From positions 1,290,001 to 1,322,000 of the forward strand of contig NC_016070.1 of assembly GCF_000253055.1 (NCBI RefSeq): a DNA stretch of 32,000 nt. Direction: 5' to 3'. The notes under the pieces are model-generated. The model saw nothing but the letters and a program-made list of their open reading frames with translations. It was not told the DNA's origin and did no database searches. Made by a program: the position numbers and the translations under genes. The DNA is from Thermoproteus tenax Kra 1 (lineage in GTDB: Archaea > Thermoproteota > Thermoprotei > Thermoproteales > Thermoproteaceae). Shown here in pieces: positions 27,754 through 32,000 of the stretch. The number at the start of each line of letters is the position of its first letter. The stretch's first letter is position 1.

Positions 27754-28344
27754 ATGGCCTTTCGCAGATTGAAGCTTAGGTTAAGTGATGCGTTGGGACT
27801 GCCTAAACCAGACGAGGTGAGCTCGCGGTATGGTAGAGCATTTGAGAGAGCCGTCCTTATCTTGTTGAAGGCTAAGGACACCGTCGCTGCGCTTAGAACC
27901 TTCATAGAACAATACGGCGAGCCCCACTCAGGGGCCTTCAACAAGATAAGGATGCTATTGCCGTGGGCCAAGAGGGTCAAGGAGGTGGCCGACGCCCCGC
28001 CTGTGGTAACAAAGATAGGAAACGTAGTGCTCACAGCCCAGGCGGACTTTCTGGTCGCTTACGAGGACGGACGTAAGGAGATAGTGGAGCTGAAGAGCCA
28101 TATTATAAAAAAGAACGAGTGGAAAGTGAAGGCCGAGTGGTCGTTCGCAGCCAAGGTCATGCGGATGCTATACCGGAGGGCCGGCTACGACTACCCCATA
28201 AGGCTGATCTACTTCACTGAGGACAAAGGCGTGAAGGTCGAGGAGGAAGTCTATCTGTATCCTGGCAATGAGAAAGACGATGAACATCTGCTCAGAGCGT
28301 TGGAGGAGCGCGTAGCGAGGATAGCCGGGTCGGATAAGGATTAA
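27754..28344 (+). CDS. PD-(D/E)XK nuclease-like protein
   Basis: RYGRAFERAVLILL...VVLTAQADFLVAYEDGRKEIVELKSHIIKK: D and ExK spacing typical of PD-(D/E)XK folds. Confidence 0.6.
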   Translation: MAFRRLKLRLSDALGLPKPDEVSSRYGRAFERAVLILLKAKDTVAALRTFIEQYGEPHSGAFNKIRMLLPWAKRVKEVADAPPVVTKIGNVVLTAQADFLVAYEDGRKEIVELKSHIIKKNEWKVKAEWSFAAKVMRMLYRRAGYDYPIRLIYFTEDKGVKVEEEVYLYPGNEKDDEHLLRALEERVARIAGSDKD

Positions 28345-28368
28345 AAGCTCATTTCGAGGAGACATCGT

Positions 28369-29337
28369 ATGGAGGCAAGCTATGATGTAATAGTAGTAGG
28401 TGGAGGCATAGCGGGATTCTCAGCCGCGCTGTACGCGGCTAGACAGAAACTGAAGACGTTAGTGATAGCTAAAGACATAGGAGGGCAGTTGAATATGACA
28501 ACCTTAGTTGAGAACTACCCTGCCATCTTCAAGATATCGGGCCCCGAGTTGGTCTCCAGGGTACATCAACAAGCGGAACACTTTGGGGCAGAGGTAATCT
28601 TTGATGAAGTCGTAGACATAAAGAAGGACGGCAACGTCTTCTTAGTGCGGACATATGGCGGCGATGAGTACAGCGCTCTGTCAGTCATCTTGGCCTTCGG
28701 AAAGACTCCCAAGGAGTTGGGCGTGCCGGGCGAGGCTAGGTTTAAGAACAAGGGAGTATCCTACTGTACTATATGTGACGCCCCCTTCTTCAAGGGCCAA
28801 GACGTCGCCTTGGTAAGCTGGGGCGATCTGGCGAGAGAGCCGGCGACTATACTCTCCTCCACGGCCAACAAGTTCTATTGGATCTTCCCGGGCGAGAGGC
28901 CAATATACGACGATGAGTTTATGTCGTCGATAATGAACGTAGGAAAGGCCGTGTTAGTACCGAACAGTGAGGTCGTTGAGATAAAGGGAGGCACGAAGGT
29001 CGAGGCCGTCGTCGTCAAGAATAGAAAGAGTGGCGAACTCCAAGAGCTAAAAGTGTCAGCCATATTCATAGAGATTGGGTACGTGACTAAGACCGACTTC
29101 GTTAAACATCTAGTGGACTTAAACGAACGCGGCGAGATTATAGCGGACTGGGAAGGGAAGACGAAGACGCCGGGGCTCTTCGCCGCCGGCGACGTTATCC
29201 AGTACCCCTATAAACAAGCCGTAATAGCCGCGGCGCAGGGCGTCGCAGCCGCCTTGTCGGCGACTGCGTATGTCATGAGGATGAAGGGGAAAACTGTACA
29301 CTCGTTGACAGATTGGCGCGCCGAAAAGCTCAGATAG
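28369..29337 (+). CDS. Thioredoxin reductase-like flavoprotein
   Basis: FAD motif VVGGGIAGFSAALYAAR, redox CTIC, GLFAAGDV; second glycine motif altered. Confidence 0.9.
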   Translation: MEASYDVIVVGGGIAGFSAALYAARQKLKTLVIAKDIGGQLNMTTLVENYPAIFKISGPELVSRVHQQAEHFGAEVIFDEVVDIKKDGNVFLVRTYGGDEYSALSVILAFGKTPKELGVPGEARFKNKGVSYCTICDAPFFKGQDVALVSWGDLAREPATILSSTANKFYWIFPGERPIYDDEFMSSIMNVGKAVLVPNSEVVEIKGGTKVEAVVVKNRKSGELQELKVSAIFIEIGYVTKTDFVKHLVDLNERGEIIADWEGKTKTPGLFAAGDVIQYPYKQAVIAAAQGVAAALSATAYVMRMKGKTVHSLTDWRAEKLR

Positions 29338-30691
29338 CCGCTACCTCGTGGAGCTCCGACAGACTCCTCTTTTCGAGACTCCAGACGAGCTCTATTATTC
29401 TCTTCTGTATCTGGCTGGGTAATACCTTGTTGGTGTTCTCTTTGAACTTCATCTCGAGCTCTTGATCGCTCATGGGGTTCTTTGGATGACCCTTGGCGTA
29501 GTCCACTTGCTCTGTATACCTACTGCCTCCCTTAGTTAAGACTGTTATTCTATTCGGATGAGCCCTCGGGTACATCTTGTCCAGCTCTGAATCCACCTTC
29601 ACCTCGATCTTCTTCATCAGAGACAAGACGGCGGGATCTCTAATTCTTTCGTAATGCTCTATCTTAATGGGGCCCCACAACAAGGCTGCCGCGGTTATCC
29701 ACATTATGGAGTGATCCGCAGTCTCCTTAGTATGTGGATCCCACTTCTCCGGATCCTTCGGACCTATTATATCGTAGGCGGCCTGGAACGTCTCTATCGT
29801 GATTTTCTCCACGTCCTCCACCCTCACCCTATCCCTCAACTTGAGTGCTGCCTCAACGGCCGTCTGCGCGTGGTATTCTACAGGATAGGGCTTAATGTAA
29901 GTGTCGAGAATCCGCCGAGGGGGCGCGAGCCTCTCCATATCGCCCAGGGGCTCATAGCTGAACTCTCCGCCAAGGAGCTGTTTGATAAATCCCATCTCGC
30001 CCTCGAACGGTTTGAAGGGCCCTGTGAAGCCCTCGGCGGCCAACATAGTTGCAAAGACGGCATTCCTCGTGGAATTGGCCGCTGCGGCCCCCTTCCACAT
30101 ACTCAGCTCTCCAACGCGCGTCTGCCTCATAGCCGCGTGAGGCACCGCGTAGATGGCTAGCGCGTGTTGAATCTGTGTCTCGTCCAAGCCCATCAGCTTA
30201 GAGGACACTAGAACGCTCCCTATACCCAAATAGTTGACGTGGTCCCACCCATGTCTCCTCAAGCTCGCTGCGTCGCACAAAGATACAGCCGCCTCATATC
30301 CTACGGCGATAGCAGCTATCACAGACTTCCCGTCGGAGTTCAATGCATCCCCCAGCGAAAGGGCCGCGGCTATCATATCGCTCGGGTGCAGAGGCTCCTT
30401 GGACAGGTACGTGTCGTTGAAGTCGTGGTATCTTATCATGACTCCATCTACGAACGCGGCGAGCTCGGGTAGCGCTCTATATCTAGTGCCCAATACCCTA
30501 GCTCCGTTGTCCACCTGATACCTTGAGACCGCCCTACGCGCTAACACTACCGGCTCTGAGTTGAATGCCGCAAAGGCCACGGCGAGGGAGTCCAAGAGCC
30601 TCCTCTTCACCTCATGGACGACGTCGGCAGATATCTTGTCGAAATCTATCGCAACTGCGTATTGGGCCAACGTCCTCGATATTCTGTCCAT
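29330..30691 (-). CDS. prpD: MmgE/PrpD family protein (2-methylcitrate dehydratase)
   Basis: RRLLDSLAVAFAAF, YHDFNDTYL, HPSDMIAAALSLGDAL, GWDHVNYLGIGSVLVSSKLMGL, PYPVEYHAQTAVEAAL. Confidence 0.9.
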   Translation of the reverse strand: MDRISRTLAQYAVAIDFDKISADVVHEVKRRLLDSLAVAFAAFNSEPVVLARRAVSRYQVDNGARVLGTRYRALPELAAFVDGVMIRYHDFNDTYLSKEPLHPSDMIAAALSLGDALNSDGKSVIAAIAVGYEAAVSLCDAASLRRHGWDHVNYLGIGSVLVSSKLMGLDETQIQHALAIYAVPHAAMRQTRVGELSMWKGAAAANSTRNAVFATMLAAEGFTGPFKPFEGEMGFIKQLLGGEFSYEPLGDMERLAPPRRILDTYIKPYPVEYHAQTAVEAALKLRDRVRVEDVEKITIETFQAAYDIIGPKDPEKWDPHTKETADHSIMWITAAALLWGPIKIEHYERIRDPAVLSLMKKIEVKVDSELDKMYPRAHPNRITVLTKGGSRYTEQVDYAKGHPKNPMSDQELEMKFKENTNKVLPSQIQKRIIELVWSLEKRSLSELHEVAAI

Positions 30692-30696
30692 GAGGG

Positions 30697-31587
30697 CTAA
30701 CGCGCCCTTATTTTAAATGATACAGCCTTATCGATAATCTCGGAGATTCTGCTGTCGAACTTTTCGTAGTCGTAATATCCTATAAGCTCATAGAGCTCCT
30801 TGCGGGTCATCATCTTGCTCAACAGAGGCTCTTGAGTCCCGAGCTCCGATATTGTCCGTAGGGCCTCCCTCATTGCCCCCAGAGCGACCCTCAGAAGGGT
30901 GACGGGATATATCACAAACTTGTAGCCGAGCTCCTCCAATCTCTTGGCCGGCATCAACGGTGATTTCCCGAACTCAGTCATATTGGCCAGTAAAGGCGCC
31001 TTTATTCTCCTTGCGAACTCGGCGAACTCAGCCTCGCTCTCCAGAGCCTCGGGAAATATGACGTCGGCGCCAGCCTCGAGATACAGCTGTGCCCTCTCGA
31101 TCGCGTCCTCTAGACCTGTGACTCCGCGGGCATCGGTCCTCGCCACTATGACGAAGTCGGGATTGCGGCGAGCTTCAGCTGCCGCCTTTATCTTCTTGGC
31201 CATCTCGTCGGGCGGCACCACATGCTTCCCCGACAAGTGGCCGCACTTCTTCGGCAAGACTTGATCCTCTATCTGGACGCCGGCGGCGCCAGCTCTCTCG
31301 AACTCCACCACGGCCCTCACGACGTTTAGCGCCTCTCCATAGCCTGTGTCTATATCCACAATGAGCGGTATATCCACAGAGCTCGCAATATATCGCACTA
31401 CCCTCACCATCTCGTCCATAGTTATGAGCCCTAGGTCGGGCAGGCCCAGAGACGCCGTAACCGCGGCGCCTGAGACGTAGGCGGCCTTGAAGCCCATCGA
31501 CTGTACTAAAAGGGCGCTAATTACGTCGTATACACCGGGCACTATCACTATGCCAGGTCTCTTTAGCTCTGCCCTGAGCTCGGCCAC
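30697..31587 (-). CDS. prpB: Methylisocitrate lyase (isocitrate lyase superfamily)
   Basis: VDIDTGYGEALNVVRAVVEFERAGAAGVQIEDQVLPKKCGHLSGK; the start is likely the GTG at 31587, not the distal 31704. Confidence 0.9.
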   Translation of the reverse strand: MAELRAELKRPGIVIVPGVYDVISALLVQSMGFKAAYVSGAAVTASLGLPDLGLITMDEMVRVVRYIASSVDIPLIVDIDTGYGEALNVVRAVVEFERAGAAGVQIEDQVLPKKCGHLSGKHVVPPDEMAKKIKAAAEARRNPDFVIVARTDARGVTGLEDAIERAQLYLEAGADVIFPEALESEAEFAEFARRIKAPLLANMTEFGKSPLMPAKRLEELGYKFVIYPVTLLRVALGAMREALRTISELGTQEPLLSKMMTRKELYELIGYYDYEKFDSRISEIIDKAVSFKIRAR

Positions 31588-31659
31588 GCGTCTTTCCTCT
31601 CCTTTTTTAGGAGCGGAGCTTGCATGAAGTATACTACTCCTATTTAATTGTGAAATCGA

Positions 31660-32000
31660 GTGACCCATGGACAAGTAGATATTGATCTGCTTATGAAAGT
31701 ACAATACGATTTCCCCCTCGTCGACAGACCATTTGAAGAAATAGGGCAGGAGCTAGGCCTCGACGAGGATCAGGTGATACAGAGGCTGAGCGGCTCGCGA
31801 CGGCAGGCGTTCTCAAGAGGATAGGATCCGTCATGAACTACAGAGCCAAGAGACTTGAGGCGGCTCTGATAGGTCTTGCAGTGCCGGAGGAACTCATAGA
31901 CAGAGTGGCCGGCGAGATAAACAGAGACCCCATGGTCTCCCATAACTTCCAGAGAGACTGGAGGCCCTACAACGTCTGGTATGTGACCAAGGCTTCCTCC
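31660..32000 (+). pseudogene. AsnC/Lrp-like siroheme decarboxylase (AhbA/AhbB/NirD-like), partial and interrupted by a frame break near 31783-31785
   Basis: VDIDLLMKVQYDFPLVDRPFEEIGQELGLDEDQVIQR in one frame, then AERLATAGVLKRIGSVMNYRAKRLEAALIGLAVPEE...VSHNFQRDWRPYNVWYV in another. Confidence 0.75.

Noticed and set aside
31588-31704. N-terminal extension of PrpB
   Set aside because: The 39 extra residues overlap the start region of the divergent gene and do not resemble a PrpB N-terminus; the GTG at 31587 precedes the conserved domain.
1-32000. CRISPR array, cas genes, IS element or prophage
   Set aside because: No regularly spaced direct repeats, Cas motifs, transposase, integrase or structural phage genes were seen on reading either strand.

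Overview
This window looks like the chromosome of a hyperthermophilic crenarchaeon of the Thermoproteus/Pyrobaculum type. The basis is gene content, tRNA introns and TATA-box promoters. Most of it is densely packed housekeeping sequence: GTP cyclohydrolase I, CbiZ, Trm1, a UPF0200/UPF0201 pair, ribosomal protein L13e, TFB, RFC small subunit, NMD3, isocitrate dehydrogenase, a thioredoxin-reductase-like flavoprotein, PrpD/PrpB and a lone 5S rRNA. I see no CRISPR array, transposon or obvious integrated element. The observations most worth following up are: (1) a divergent C5-cytosine methyltransferase / PD-(D/E)XK-like nuclease pair, possibly an uncatalogued restriction-modification or related system; (2) a near-perfect double-guide C/D box sRNA in an intergenic gap, whose two guides both appear to match one short segment of 23S rRNA; (3) tRNA-Ala(CGC) with a 16-nt intron at a non-canonical anticodon-stem position, next to initiator tRNA-Met with a 20-nt canonical intron; (4) a compact B-family DNA polymerase with intact polymerase motifs but no recognisable exonuclease motifs; (5) a GC-rich, probably non-coding ~300-nt locus ending in a T-run; (6) degenerate enzymes (a HIT domain without its histidine triad, a TrxR without the NADPH glycine motif, a DRG-like GTPase with altered G3/G4); and (7) two single-nucleotide frame breaks, in a GT2 glycosyltransferase and a siroheme-decarboxylase-like gene. 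All assignments come from reading the sequence and remembered family motifs; no database searches were run.
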